From the human T2T-CHM13v2.0 reference genome, Homo sapiens, in NCBI RefSeq assembly GCF_009914755.1, contig NC_060926.1: a stretch of 64,000 nucleotides of DNA; one strand, given 5' to 3'. Shown here one piece after another: positions 31,370 to 44,589 of this stretch. A program made the position numbers and the translations under genes. Below the pieces are notes generated by a model that made no database searches, had not been told where the DNA came from, and was given only the letters and a program-made list of their open reading frames with translations. The stretch's first letter is position 1; each line of letters starts with the position of its first letter.

Positions 31370-31905
31370 AACAATCTATAGATTCAATGCAATTACTACC
31401 TAAGTTCTATTGATATTATTTACACAAATATAAAAACATTCTAAAATTTATATTAAATGACAGAATTATATAAAACTTTATATAAAATTACCCTGAAGAG
31501 TCAAACAATATTGAAAAAAATAACAAAGTTGGAGGCATCACACTTTCTGATTTCAATACATATCTCAAAGCTATAGTGCTTTAAAAAGTATGGTACTAGA
31601 TAAAGGCAAACATATACACCAATGAAACAGAATAGATAGCCCAGAAATAAGTCTATGTGTATATTGTCTACTGATTTTCAACAAGGGCACCAAGATTACA
31701 CAATGGGAAAACTTCAATAAATGATGTTGGTAAAACTAAATATCCCCAGGCAAAATAATAAAATTGGACCCTTACACCAAACACAAAAATCAACTCAAAG
31801 GAATTAAAAGGTACATATAAGATCTGAAACTGTAAAACTGCTAGAAAAAAACAGGGAAAGTGCTTCATGGCTTCAGACTTGGAAATGATTTCATGAATAT
31901 GATTC
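31370..31905 (+). mobile_element. L1 ORF2 fragment
   Basis: caatctatagattcaatgcaat...ggaggcatcacactttctgatttc...ggacccttacacca. Confidence 0.85.
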
Positions 31906-31909
31906 TAAA

Positions 31910-33096
31910 TATGACTTAGCTGTGTCCCAACCCAAATCTCATCCCGAATTGTAGGTCTCATAATCCCCAAGTGTTGTGGGAAGGACCCAGTGGGAAGTAA
32001 TTGAATCATGAGGGGCAGTTACCGCCATCCTGTTCTCATAATAGTGAGTTAGTTCTCAAGAGATCTGACAGTTTTATTAGGGCTCCCCGGTTGGAAAGAG
32101 AGTTTCAGAGGTGCCCGTTGAGTTGGTCTCCCCTGTGTGAGACAACCATGGGAAGTGATGGGTGGCCTCTGAGGAGAAAAGTCTCCTTATTGCCCTCCTG
32201 TCTTTATGCCCTGAGCGCATAAACACTCCACGGCATTCTACACGTTGCTCAGGAAGATAAAACTCCCTTGAAGCAGTGGAGTATAATCAAACATCTTGGC
32301 TCCTCCTGAAACCTGCTCCCACCTGTTTCAGTCCCAATAACTTAAAGATCTTAAGTAGTTTAGACACATGCCTTTGCTCAAGGAAATTCACAGGAACCAC
32401 CACTGCTATACATCTTATCGAATGACTCACTAGCTCTCCTTCACTGATTAATCGTTTTCCTTATCCCTTCCAAAGAGCTTGTAAACCAATAAATTGGGTG
32501 GAGCCCGAGAGCTCTGGGCCGTGAGCAAGCCTCCGATGCTCCGGTTCCCTGGACCCACCTTTTAAATGTTTATTCTGTCTCTTTCTAACTCTTTTGTCTC
32601 CACCGGACTCGGGGTACCCGCTGGGTGGTGTGGGGCTGGTTTCCCCAACTCTCCCCCCTCCACAACTTTGCTTATTCTTCCTGCCACGATGTGAAGGACG
32701 TGTTTGCTTTCCCTTCTGTGTATGTTTCCTGAGACCTCTGCAGCCACATGGAACTTTGAGTCAAGTAAACCTCTTTCCTTTTAAATTACCCAGCTTTGGG
32801 TATGTCTTTATTAGCAGCACGAGAACAGACAGTAAATTGGTAATGGAGAAAGTGAGGGGCTGCTGTAAAAATACCAGAAAATGTGAAAGCCACTTTGAAA
32901 CTGGGTAACAGGCAGAGGTTGGAACAATTTGGAGGGCTCAGAATAACACAGGAAAATGTGGTAATGCCTGGAACTTCCTCGAGAGTTTAAAGTCCAGGCT
33001 AAGACTCCTTGCTGAGACTAACTTGCTTTTGATTTTACAGGCTCATAGGAGGAAGAAACTTGCCTTGTCTCAGATGAGACTTTGGACATGGACTTC
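31910..33096 (+). mobile_element. THE1 (B/C-like) 5' LTR plus deleted internal remnant; LTR split by an ERVK LTR
   Basis: ctgtgtcccaacccaaatctcat...attagcagcacgagaacagac, then gtaaattggta internal start. Confidence 0.85.
32089..32650 (+). mobile_element. ERVK-class solo LTR (LTR14C-like)
   Basis: ggcctctgaggagaaaagtctcc...gggtggtgtggggctggtttccccaac; 6-bp TSD CTCCCC, the length typical of betaretrovirus-like elements. Confidence 0.75.
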
Positions 33097-33492
33097 ATAA
33101 TATGGAGTTTATTAGGGTGTATTAACTTACACAATCACAAGGTCCCACAATAAGCCATCTGCAAGCTGAGGAACAAGGAAGCCAGTCTGAGTCACAAATC
33201 TGAAAAACTTGGAGTCCTATGTTTGAGGGTAGGAAGCATCCAGCATAGGAAAAAGATGTAGGCTGGGAGGCTAAGCCAGTCTAATCTTTTCATGTTTTCC
33301 TGCCTGCTTTATATCGTGGTTCCACTGGCAGCTGATTAGACACTGCCCACCGAGATTAAGGGTGGATCTGCCTTTCCCAGCCCACTGACTCAAATGTTAA
33401 TCTCCTTTGGCAACACCCTCACAGACACACCCAGGATGAATACTTTGCATCCTTCAATCCAATCAAGTTAACACTCAATATTAACCATCACA
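33097..33492 (-). mobile_element. MLT2A 3' LTR of a HERV-L provirus (distal end deleted)
   Basis: Ends ttaaccatcaca, directly abutting the internal sequence agtccaccc (reverse-complement PPT). Confidence 0.9.
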
Positions 33493-35365
33493 AGTCCACC
33501 CTTTGTCAACTTAAACCCATACACATCTCCTGAGATCATATATAATCTTCAAATAAAGACAATAATAAGGTCATAATTATGCCTAACATGATACAACTAT
33601 CCTTCAGACAACTGGAAATGAACCAATCCCCAGCCAAAATACTATTACATAAAGTTAGCAATACTTCAATGCTGATATGAAGTCACTAAATCTTATGTTA
33701 CATGACAAAGGAAAAAGGAAATAAAATTAAGATATTTTCTTAGTACAAGTGTATACATGCACAGACATCTTTTTAACCAAAGAAGGTGGAAGTATTCATG
33801 ACAATAACAATCCTTGTTTCTGCAACTGGTCATGTGGTCATAGCTGGTATTGATGACTACTTTTGTATTCCCTTTGCCTTCAGTAAGCACCTCAGAAGGT
33901 CTTGGTATTTTTTTTTTTTTTTAATTTTTTTCTGGCGGAGTGACCCAAATCATTCCTGAAGGGTCTGGGCCATTTGTAGTCCTGCCTGGATTGGGTTGTT
34001 GTAGTTTCCCATTGACCTTAATCATAGGGCATGGCAATACTAAAAGACACCCTAATGGATCGCCTGTACTCCATGCTTACTCTTCCTTACCTCCGTTGTG
34101 GAGTAGTAGCCTGATTTCATCTTGGTAGTCTGGATCAATGACCCCGGTCAACACTGTACCTCCCTTCTTAGCCTGTTGACTTAACGGTAGAAGGAACCCA
34201 AAGTGTCCAGGTGCCAATCTTAACTTCCAGTTTAGTGGAATCGTTGTTTCGTCTCCTCTGGGCAGTGTTCCTCCTTCTGCAACTAAGACCGACCTCTAGG
34301 CAAGCAGAACATAGTCTGGCAGGATCAGAAAGCAAAAATTTTGCTAGTGGATCACTACGGGTGATGGTGAGTGGTGCCACTTCCGCTTGCACCCCTTGAT
34401 TTCTGGCTATGGCAGAAACAGTACCATATATTGGATGCTGATTCAGAGCATCCGGAGAACTTTGCCTCAGCCCTGCAAAATATTGTCACCTAGTTGGCAT
34501 TATAATTGTGACTTCAAAAGTCCATTCCATCATTCTGTCTATCCAGCTGCTTCAGGATAATGGGGAACATGGTAAAACTAGTGAATGGCATGAGCACCAA
34601 TTCAGCTGCTTCAGGATGATGGGGAACATGGTAAGACTGGCAAATTCCATGAGCATGAGCCCACTGCCACACTTCTTTAGCTGTAAAGTGAGTGCCTTGG
34701 TCAGAGGCAATGCTGTGTGGAATACCATGATGGTGGATAAGTCCACAAAGGGTAGTCTTGGCAGAAGCATTGCATGCAGGATAGGCAAACCCATACCCAG
34801 AGTAAGTGTCTATTCCAGTGAGGACAAATCTCTGCCCTTTCCATGATGGAAGAGGTCCAATGTAATCAATCTGCCACCAGGTAGCTGTCTGATCACCCTG
34901 AGAAATGGTGCCATATCAAGGGCTCAGTGTTGGTCTCTGCTGCTAGCAAATTGGGGCCATAGCCAGATCAGTCTTGATGTGTGGAAGTCCATGTTGCTGA
35001 GCCCATGAATAACCTCCCTCCCTGACACCATGGCCACTTTGTTCATGAGCCCACTGGGTGATGATAGGGGTGGCTGGGGAAAGAGGCTGAGTGGTGTCCA
35101 CAGAAAGGATCATCCTGTTCACCAGATTATTAAAATCCTCCTCTGCTGAGGTCATCCATTGGTGAGTACTCACATGGGATACAGATATCTTCAGAGTTTT
35201 TGACCACTCAGAGAGGTCCATCCACATACCTCTTCCCCAAATTTGTTTGTCACCAATTTTCCAATCATGCTTCTTCCAAGTTCCTGACCATCCAGCCAAA
35301 CCATTGGCTATAGCCCATGAATCAGTATACAATCGTATATCTGGCCATTTCTCCTTCCATGCAAA
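33493..35365 (-). pseudogene. HERV-L internal region: pol RNase H/integrase and dUTPase-region remnants
   Basis: ORF 34943-35383 reads LYTDSWAIANGLAGWSGTWKKHDWKI...WAHEQSGH (RNase H into integrase Zn finger); frameshifted downstream. Confidence 0.9.
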
Positions 35366-36040
35366 TAGTAATGATAAAAACAAATCTTGACAGGGCTGCA
35401 GGAAAAAGGGAATGCCTATAGACTGCTGGTGGGAATGTAAATTAGTTTAGCCACTGCAGAAAGCAGTTTGGGGATTTCTCAAGGAACTAAAAATAGAACT
35501 ACCATTCAAAACAGCAAATCTTATTACTGAGTATATACCCAAAGGGAAGTAAATCATTCTATCAAAAAGACCCACATGTATCCATATGTTCATTACAGTA
35601 CTATTTGCAATAGCAAGGACATAGATTCAACCTAGGTGCTGATCAATGGTGGATTCAATAAAGAAAATGTCGTACACATATAACAAGGAATACTATGCAA
35701 CCATTAAAAAGAATGATGTCATGTCTAGTGCAGCAACATGGATGGAGCTGGAGGCCATTATTCTAAGCAAACTAACAAAGAAACAGAAAACCAAATACCA
35801 CATGTTCTCACCTGTAAGCAGGAGCTAATCATTGGGTACACATGGACATAAAGATGGGAACAATAGACACTGGGGACTCCAGGAGGGGGCAGGGGAAATG
35901 TTGAAAAAATACCTATTGTATGCTATTCTTACTACCTAGGTGATGGGTTTAATTGTATCCCAAACTTCAACATCACACAATATACCATTGTAACAAACCT
36001 GCACAGGTAATCCCTTAATCTAAAAAAAAAAAAAAAAAGT
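35366..36040 (+). mobile_element. L1 (L1PA15/16-like) 3' end with poly(A)
   Basis: ORF2 C-terminus WMELEAIILSKLT, 3'UTR, A tail at 36022-36038. Confidence 0.88.
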
Positions 36041-36095
36041 TGAAAGAAATATTTAACTTGGGTATTAAAAGATGTAAGAACTATATAATGGTAAT

Positions 36096-36479
36096 TGTGA
36101 TGGTTAATACTGAGTGTCAACTTGATTGGATTGAAGGATGCAAAGTATTGATTCTGGGTGTGTCTGTGAGGGTGTTGCCAAAGGAGATTAACATTTGAGT
36201 CAGTGAGCTGGGAAAGACAGATCCACCCTTAATCTGGGTGGGCACCATCTTGTCAGCTGCCAGTGGGACCAGAATATAAAGCAGGCAGAGAAATGTGAAA
36301 AGACTAGACTGGCTTAGCCTCTCAGCCTACATCTTTTTTCCGTACTGGATGCTTCCTGTCCTCAAATATAGGACTACAAGTTCCTCAGCTTTGTGACTCA
36401 GACTGGCTTCCTTGTTCCTCAGCTTGCAGATGGCCTCTTGTGGAACCTTGTGATCATGTGAGTTAATACTTGTTAATAA

Positions 36480-36533
<54 letters not shown>

Positions 36534-36802
36534 CATATAGTTAGTTAGTTAGTTCTGTTTCTCTAGAGAACCCTGAATAATACAGATTTTGGTACCAGGA
36601 GTGGCTTTAGAGGAACGGAATATTAAGGATGGAGTTCTTTTGTTGGTTTGGGGGTTTCTGGAGTTGACTGCTTAATGTGATTAGACCCAAAAATGCAAAG
36701 GACTCTACTTCTAATAGTATAAAGAACACTGATAGTCCTTGGCATGACCTTTTTAAAGAGTTATGCAAAATAAGTGAATTTGACACTCTTGTTTCACTGC
36801 TC
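36096..36802 (+). mobile_element. MLT2A 5' LTR (36096-36584) plus HERV-L leader/gag start
   Basis: LTR followed by gattttggtaccaggagtgg (PBS region) and gag-like MIRPKNAKDSTSNSIKNTDSPWHDLFKELCKI. Confidence 0.9.
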
Positions 36803-37070
36803 TTTTTTTCTTTATTTTTGTCTCACTGGGTTGATTCAAAGGAATGGTCTTTGAGATCTGAAATTCTTTCCTCAGGTTGGACTAGTGTGTTATTACTGCT
36901 TACAACTGTATTTTTAATTTCCTGTAGTAAATTTTTCAATTCCAGGCATTCAGTGTTTTCCTTTCTTCAAATGGCTGTGTCATCATTCAACTCTTAGATC
37001 ATTTTACTGGCTTCTTTGCATTGCGCTTCAATTTTCTCTTAAATATCGTTGATCTTCCTTGCCATCCGTC
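36800..37070 (-). mobile_element. L1 ORF1 fragment (old primate L1P-type)
   Basis: tttgagatctgaaattctttcctcaggttggactagt...aatttttcaattccagg, antisense ORF1 coiled-coil region. Confidence 0.75.
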
Positions 37071-37461
37071 CAGTTCATTGTGTGGCTTATTGAAATCTGG
37101 AGTCTTATTTAAATCTTGTAATTTCTGGCCCCCTTCTTTCTATTACTTGACTGAAGTAATTCTTTCTATCTCCTCACCATGTTTCGTTTGTCCATCCTTA
37201 CCTGTCTCTCGTTGATAAGTATAAAATACAACCTTCTTCCTAAATCTTTACTTCATTACTGGAAGTATTTACTAGAAATTTTTTTGTTCTCTGATTTACT
37301 GTAAATAATGTTAATATAGTTTGATTTGAATTTATAAATATCTAACAAATTCAAATATATGGGTATGTGTCTGATATTTCCTTTTAGACAATAGGTTACT
37401 GGTAGATAGAAAGGTAATTTATTTGATCTGTCATTGTATTTGTTGAAGCTCTAAGCACTGA

Positions 37462-37784
<323 letters not shown>

Positions 37785-38085
37785 GAGCCCCATTTTTTGA
37801 GTCAACAAAATCATATCTCTTGTATCTGTTGGTGTTAAAACAGAATTATAGATTGTACATTAAAACACAATTACAATTCATTCCAGTTTTATTATATTTA
37901 GAAAGCAACTTAATACTTAGTGTAAGTTATCTTCTGCAGATTTTTTAAATTGGATAAAATATATCTTCAAATAAATTCAATTGCCATGTGGCATTCAGCA
38001 GAGAAACAAGGACAATAGTTAGAAAAGCAATAAAAAATCCTTAACACAAAGGGTGTTCAAAATTTCAATCTGTTAATATAAATCA

Positions 38086-38431
<346 letters not shown>

Positions 38432-39294
38432 TAGTGCTGCCTAATGAAGCTACTATATGAATTTACAATCATAAGAAAAAACATATTTCTTTCAAAATAT
38501 TTGCAGCATATTTTGCATTGTATTTGAATATTTCCATGCTATACTATCCAACCATATTTTAAAAACAACACTGAATTTGGGTCCATGGTTCCTATGGGAA
38601 ACAATAAAAGGTCACATAAAATGTTTTTTATGTTAGAGGTGAGAAACTAAAACAGGCAATATTTTAGCTTTCTACCACATAGCCTCATTTTATTTTGGAA
38701 CAATTTCCTAGAAGATTTCAAGGAGTTTCAAAGAAAGACACACAAAGGTGCAAAGAATTTATCATCATATAGAGGTCACTGAAACAACATAATGTATGTT
38801 TGTAGCTCTGGGCTTCTTACCAGTTCAAATTTACTTACTAGGAAAAATAATTGTTCTTAAAAATACTTTCAACTGAAACTATAAAAATTTGCCTTTAACC
38901 AGATATTTTAATCTATATGAAAATGTACTTTCCTAATCCATTTGTTCATATACCAATTGATTTTAATCACTAAGGAGATGTTCTGTACATTAATAAGTCA
39001 GAGGGCTAACTGCTAGTGTAAATTAACTATGTAAATTATTAGGCACACTTTCAATACTAAGTGTATTGATGCCAATAGAACTGTCATCATATATTGATTG
39101 GCAAGGATGATATTGTTTAGTGGCTCTTTAAATAAATATTTTTGGTTCCAACCGAGAGAATCATATTACAGTAATTGACCCTCTCATTCTTTTTTTCCTC
39201 CATGTTCAAATTTTATGTGTCAAAAATCAATTAAAATTCCATTGCCAATATATGGTAGTGAAGATTTTTAAACTATATAGCTTATAGTCATAAC

Positions 39295-39412
39295 TTTATT
39301 TATTTTTAATTGACAAATAATAATTGTATATATTTATGAGTTACAATATTATATTTTGATCTATGTATACATTATAGATAGATTTGATCAAGCTAATTAA
39401 CATAGCCTCACC
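39295..39412 (-). mobile_element. L1MA extreme 3' end fragment
   Basis: ttaattgacaaataataattgtatatatttatg...tcaagctaattaacata. Confidence 0.65.
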
Positions 39413-40293
39413 AATTTATATTCATAAGTTTTATATGAATGTGTCATATTGTTTTTGTAAAAGGGGACAATATTTTCCTCTTTTAAATTCCTTTCCCCTT
39501 CTAGATGGAAATGAGGAATTTCATTTACATTCAAATAATTAAATATAATGTTCACATGAGTGTTTTAAATCTCTCATTTCAAATCACATTATAGCAAATG
39601 AAAAATAAGGTAATGGTTAAAATAAATGATTGGTAAACATAGAAATCAAAGTTGTAAAATAGAAACTGCTTAAATATGGTAACTTCATAATCCTCTTCCT
39701 ATTCTCATTATCATTATATACAAAACCTAATACGCCCTCAATTAATATTGAAGGTGTAAAGAAAAGCAAAATCCGATCTGAATCATACAGTGTCTGAAAT
39801 CTAAGAACTTTGCTCCTGTCTTCCTTTGTTTCTGAAGCTTCTGATAAGCAACAGGAACAAAAACAGAAACAAACAAAAAACAACACTGGGTAATCTTTGC
39901 TTTGAATTCCATATTGAAAGAAATCGCCTTCTTGTGCATAAAAAGTTCCTGCTTTCCTTCTCCCCAGAATGAAGGGTTATAAAGTTTAAGTGAAATCTAG
40001 GGCTTTTAATGGCACTCTCCTCCTACTGGGGGCGTCCCCCCGGAACCTATCTACCAAGGCACTCTGACCTGAATCAATCCCTGGACCTACATTGTGCCAA
40101 ATCTTCCTAGCAGGTAGGATTCAGTTTTGAGACTGAGCAGTTTTTGATACAATTCTTTTGATTTTACTCAGTTCAAATTTTTCAAAGGTTGGACATCAAA
40201 AAACATCACCTTAGCTTTGCTACCCACATCTTCTATTCTCCCGTCTCTTAAATGCATTCTTCTTTTTTCTTTTTTTTTGCTCCACAATAAGAG

Positions 40294-40658
40294 TGCTATG
40301 TACTGAAAGTTTATGTTCCTTCAAAATTCATATGTTGACCTAAACCCCAATGTAATAGTATTAGTAGGTGGGGTATTTGGGAGGTGATTAGGTCATGAGG
40401 ATTCTGCCTTCATAAATGGGATTAATAACCTTAAAAAAGGAGACCTGTGAGAACTTTCTTGGCCCTTCTACCACATGAGGACACAGAGAGAAGGCCACCA
40501 TCTATAACTCAGGAAGCGGGTTCTCACCAGGCACTGAATCTGCTGGTGCTTTGATCTTGGACTTCCCAGCTCCCAGAAATGTGAGAAATACATTTCTGTT
40601 GTTTATATGCTACCCAATCTATGATATTTTGTTATAGCAACCTGAACTGACTAAGGCA
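40294..40658 (+). mobile_element. MLT1A solo LTR
   Basis: tgctatgtactgaa...tgactaaggca; perfect TSD AAGAG. Confidence 0.9.
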
Positions 40659-42999
40659 AAGAGAATACAAATATTTAAAATCCTTTGTTGGGTAATTATT
40701 TATTCAAACACTGGCTGCATCTGCCCTTTATATTTTCTATCACTTAAAGGAAATGAAAATGTTATGTTTTATGCTTTAAAGCATCATCATACTTAGTAGT
40801 TTTCTGGTAATGATTATTAGGCATACTGAATGTTAGATATGTTTTTGATAAACACTGATATGTCACTTTTCTGAACCAATATTTCCATGAGTGTTACATG
40901 AAGAAATAATATAAGCAATATTGCCAAATTGCATACATCTTTTGAATAAACATATGCGATTCTTTGGAATTAGTTTTACTCACAAGCAGAGGGAGGCTCT
41001 AAGGTCCTATTAGCATTCGACATATTTAAAACACAAATTTAACCAACTTATGTTTTCCAATAATGTTTTGGGAGGTTTTCAGAATTTCTGAATGTCTTCC
41101 AAACTACCCAATATGACATGATTCAGACTATTTGGAAAAAACAAGCAAACAAAAAAAACCCTCATAGCTACCTCAAGTTGCAAATTGATTAAAGCATTTC
41201 TATTTATCCCTATAGTAAGAAACATGGTTTGATATCACAGTTTAGTTATGTTCTCCCAGACTTTTCTTTCGAATTTTGTTATTGAAGCATTCCTACCAAA
41301 ACTGAAGGCATTTGGATTGATTGAAGGTTTAGACATTAAACCTTCTTAATGTTAAAATAAACATAATTTACAGTTTCTCCTCTGAACATATTGAGAGTTC
41401 AAAATAGATGTGTAAAACAGTTTGATAATGATCACTCTTATATACATTTCAGATTAGAAAATCGCTAAGCTGTATCTTTGGGAAATGTACAGAAGAGCAA
41501 TTGAACTTCTTACTCAGTATAGCCTTAGAGAACAGTGACTTGAACTTCTAGTCAATAGAGACTTCTTCTCCCACCCTTGAGTGTGGGAAACTGAATATAA
41601 ACTCAAAATTTTCAATGATGTTGGAGTTACCAGGCTCATTTATACACAACTTTAAGTGGATGCACATAACACATTTGTACAGAAAAATTCTGAATAGATA
41701 GTTTAGGAACCAACTCTAAGAGTTCAGCAGAATAGAAGATTGTGAACACAATGAGAGTTTCAGAAATTGGATTTGTACTTCTTTAAAGAAACTTGACTTA
41801 ATCTTTCAATATATTCTTTCTTTCCTTACCCCCTAACTCTATTGGTATTGTTCAATCTTTTCTTTGTGTCTTAATTCTATACTAGCACCTAAACATAATT
41901 CTTTCTTTGCTAAAAATATTTTTTTCAATTGACACATGTAACTATATTACATGAAGTTACAGTATACCTTTGTAACATATGTGTGGGTTACAATTAATAC
42001 ATATCTATACTGTATTAGGTTGCTGTAATGGCAAAAACTGTAATTTATCATGGTCTGTGCTGGAATTTAGCAAAATCCTTCAAATTAGCAAATTCACAGA
42101 AAGCTTACTACTTATATAAAAATAAAAATAAGTTTTTAAGATTTCCCACTCATCATTTCTAAAGGGCTAGGAAAATGTTATTCAGCATTTGTAAAACTAT
42201 ATTTCTGGAAAGCTGTTAACTTGCATAACTCAGACAGGTGGTCTTAGCACGTCTTATAGAGTAGAAAGAGTGTGCATATTTTGATGAGTTATAAATCTTT
42301 CCACCCCTCTCTTCCTTGTTAGCACATGTCTGCCTCCATCTTCTCTTGTCATATTGCTATTGTTACTTGTATTTCCTGTCAAGTAAGTAAAGGTGGAGAT
42401 GTTAATTTACTGGAGCAAACATGAGGCACTATCAATATTAAAACAAAAGGAACACTGTATGTTTGTAACATTTCTTTCTCTCTTTCTTTCTCTCTCTCTG
42501 TCTCTCACACACACATACACACCCACATACACACACCATGTGTTTGTTAGAACAAAGAGGAAATAATAAAGATCAATGATTCAATGATATTGAGTCTAGG
42601 AGACAGAAGGCATTTATTATAGGTATCGAAAGGATAATTAATATGGAAGGTGTTTATTTCTTCTTGTTTTCATCCCCAAAAAGAGACAACAAGTAGTATA
42701 CTATCATTTTCAAACAGTTTTGTCTCTTAAATCATCCTTCATCCTTTCTTATCTATCCACCATGGATTCATTTCTTCAGAACTAATTAAGGCAATTATAT
42801 TGGACATGTCTTCTGTCTTTTTTGCTCTGATTGCATTTAATGCTGCCCCTATCTTTTACTGAATTAAAGATTCACATCCATCCCTAGATTTTTAAACATG
42901 GTGTTTTTATTTGGTTTCCCAGTCTTTCACTCATAGCCTTTCCTAAAGATTTTGTTTCAGCTCATCCTTCTTAGTTGTCTTGTTTCAGACTGTTTAGAG

Positions 43000-43142
43000 C
43001 TGAGGTCAGGTAACCATTTCCGTAAAAAAGCCAGATAACAAATATTTTAGGCCTTGCAGGGTCATACAGTTTTTAACACAGCTACACAGCTCTGCAGTTA
43101 TGAGGTAAAAGCACCCATTGACAATATAGAAATCAATTGCAC
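43000..43142 (+). mobile_element. MER58-like hAT DNA transposon fragment
   Basis: gccagataacaaatattttaggccttgcagggtcatacag...cagctctgc. Confidence 0.65.
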
Positions 43143-43155
43143 ATGCCTGCGCATG

Positions 43156-43188
<33 letters not shown>

Positions 43189-43205
43189 ACGAAGAATGTA
43201 TTATG

Positions 43206-43553
43206 TGTTAGTGAGACGACCACGTTGAAACGGCTCCCCGGCAAAACTCCAGCTGGGCTTTGCACCGGGAAGAATGCACACTGGGGTGGAGCCACAGAAG
43301 TTCACACCATTTGCAATGGGGAGGAGCCTGGCCCCTCCTCTTCCTGTGTGGAACCTGGGATTCAAACTGCAAAGCGGGAAGCACACGAGCAAGGACTCTG
43401 GCTTCTTGAGGGTCCCTGTTTCCTGTTTTTTCCCTTTTCACCCAATAAAACCCTGCCTTACTCACTATTCAAATCATCTATGAGCCTAATTTTTTGTGGC
43501 CGTGTGGTAAGGACCCACGTCTTTAGCTGAAATAAGGAAAAAGTCCCACAACA
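43206..43553 (+). mobile_element. ERV1 solo LTR (MER61-like)
   Basis: TG...CA termini; ggggtggagccacagaagttc, AATAAA at about 43444, ends ctttagctgaaataaggaaaaagtcccacaaca. Confidence 0.7.
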
Positions 43554-44510
43554 CTAGGAACTTGTTAGACGCTAGAATACACGCATGGATAAGCAGAAAT
43601 GGCACTTGCCCAACTGGATATTGCAGTAGTAAAGGGAAAATAGAAAATAAAAGGACAATTATAACTTGGTTATTATAACTTGGAGGAAATAACTTGGTAT
43701 GATGGAATTGGGCTATCAGGAAAGCCTTCTCTGAGGTAAGATGTTACTTCAGGGATTTAAAGGCTAAAAGTGGATAACCTGGTTAGTTGACTTCTTTTAT
43801 GGAATGGTGTCTTGAAACTAGTTTTTTTTTTTAAATAAATGTACTACCTTTAATAAATGTACTACCTTTTATGCAATTCCACATATTTATGGTCAACCAC
43901 TAATTGCCTTTCTTATCACTCTTTTTGGGGGGAGGGTGGTATCAAATAGGGGACATAAATCATAATAATCCAGGTTATGCTGCAAGAACAAAACCACAAT
44001 TGTTACAAAGTTACAAAGTGTTTATGTTTTTTACTCACACTACACAATCATGAGTCATCAGGGAAATCTGCTTATGGTAATCACACAGAGCAACAGGCTT
44101 ACAGACCAGACCCCATCTCAAATATTCCCAGTTGCCATGTGAGTGATAAAAGAGGGAGCTCTGAAGGCAGCATGTGAATGTCTTTCCTAATAATGACACA
44201 TATCACTGTGCACAAATCTCATTGGCCAGAATCACTTGCACAGTTCCACCCAAGCCCAGGGAGCTTAAAAGTAAAATCTTATCATATACTTGGAAAATGG
44301 AGTCCCAAATATACTCTGTGAGAAGTACTATTGATTAAAACAGTATCTGTTTTTTGTTTTGTTTTGCTTTGCTTTCTTTTTTGAAATCCTCTTCTTAGCA
44401 AAATCACATTTTTTTATACCTTTTGGAGCATGCCTCAATTGAATGTTTCAAACATTATCAAAAATAATTTTTGAGTAATTATATTTTTGAAGACTATAGC
44501 CAAACTAAAT

Positions 44511-44541
<31 letters not shown>

Positions 44542-44589
44542 TGAAAAGCTCTAACAGGCAGTAGGTCAGCTTGTGGCATAGAATTGAAT

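Noticed and set aside
43660-43870. Short direct repeats (ataacttgg three times; 18-bp aataaatgtactaccttt twice)
   Set aside because: Common slippage-scale duplications with no further structure.
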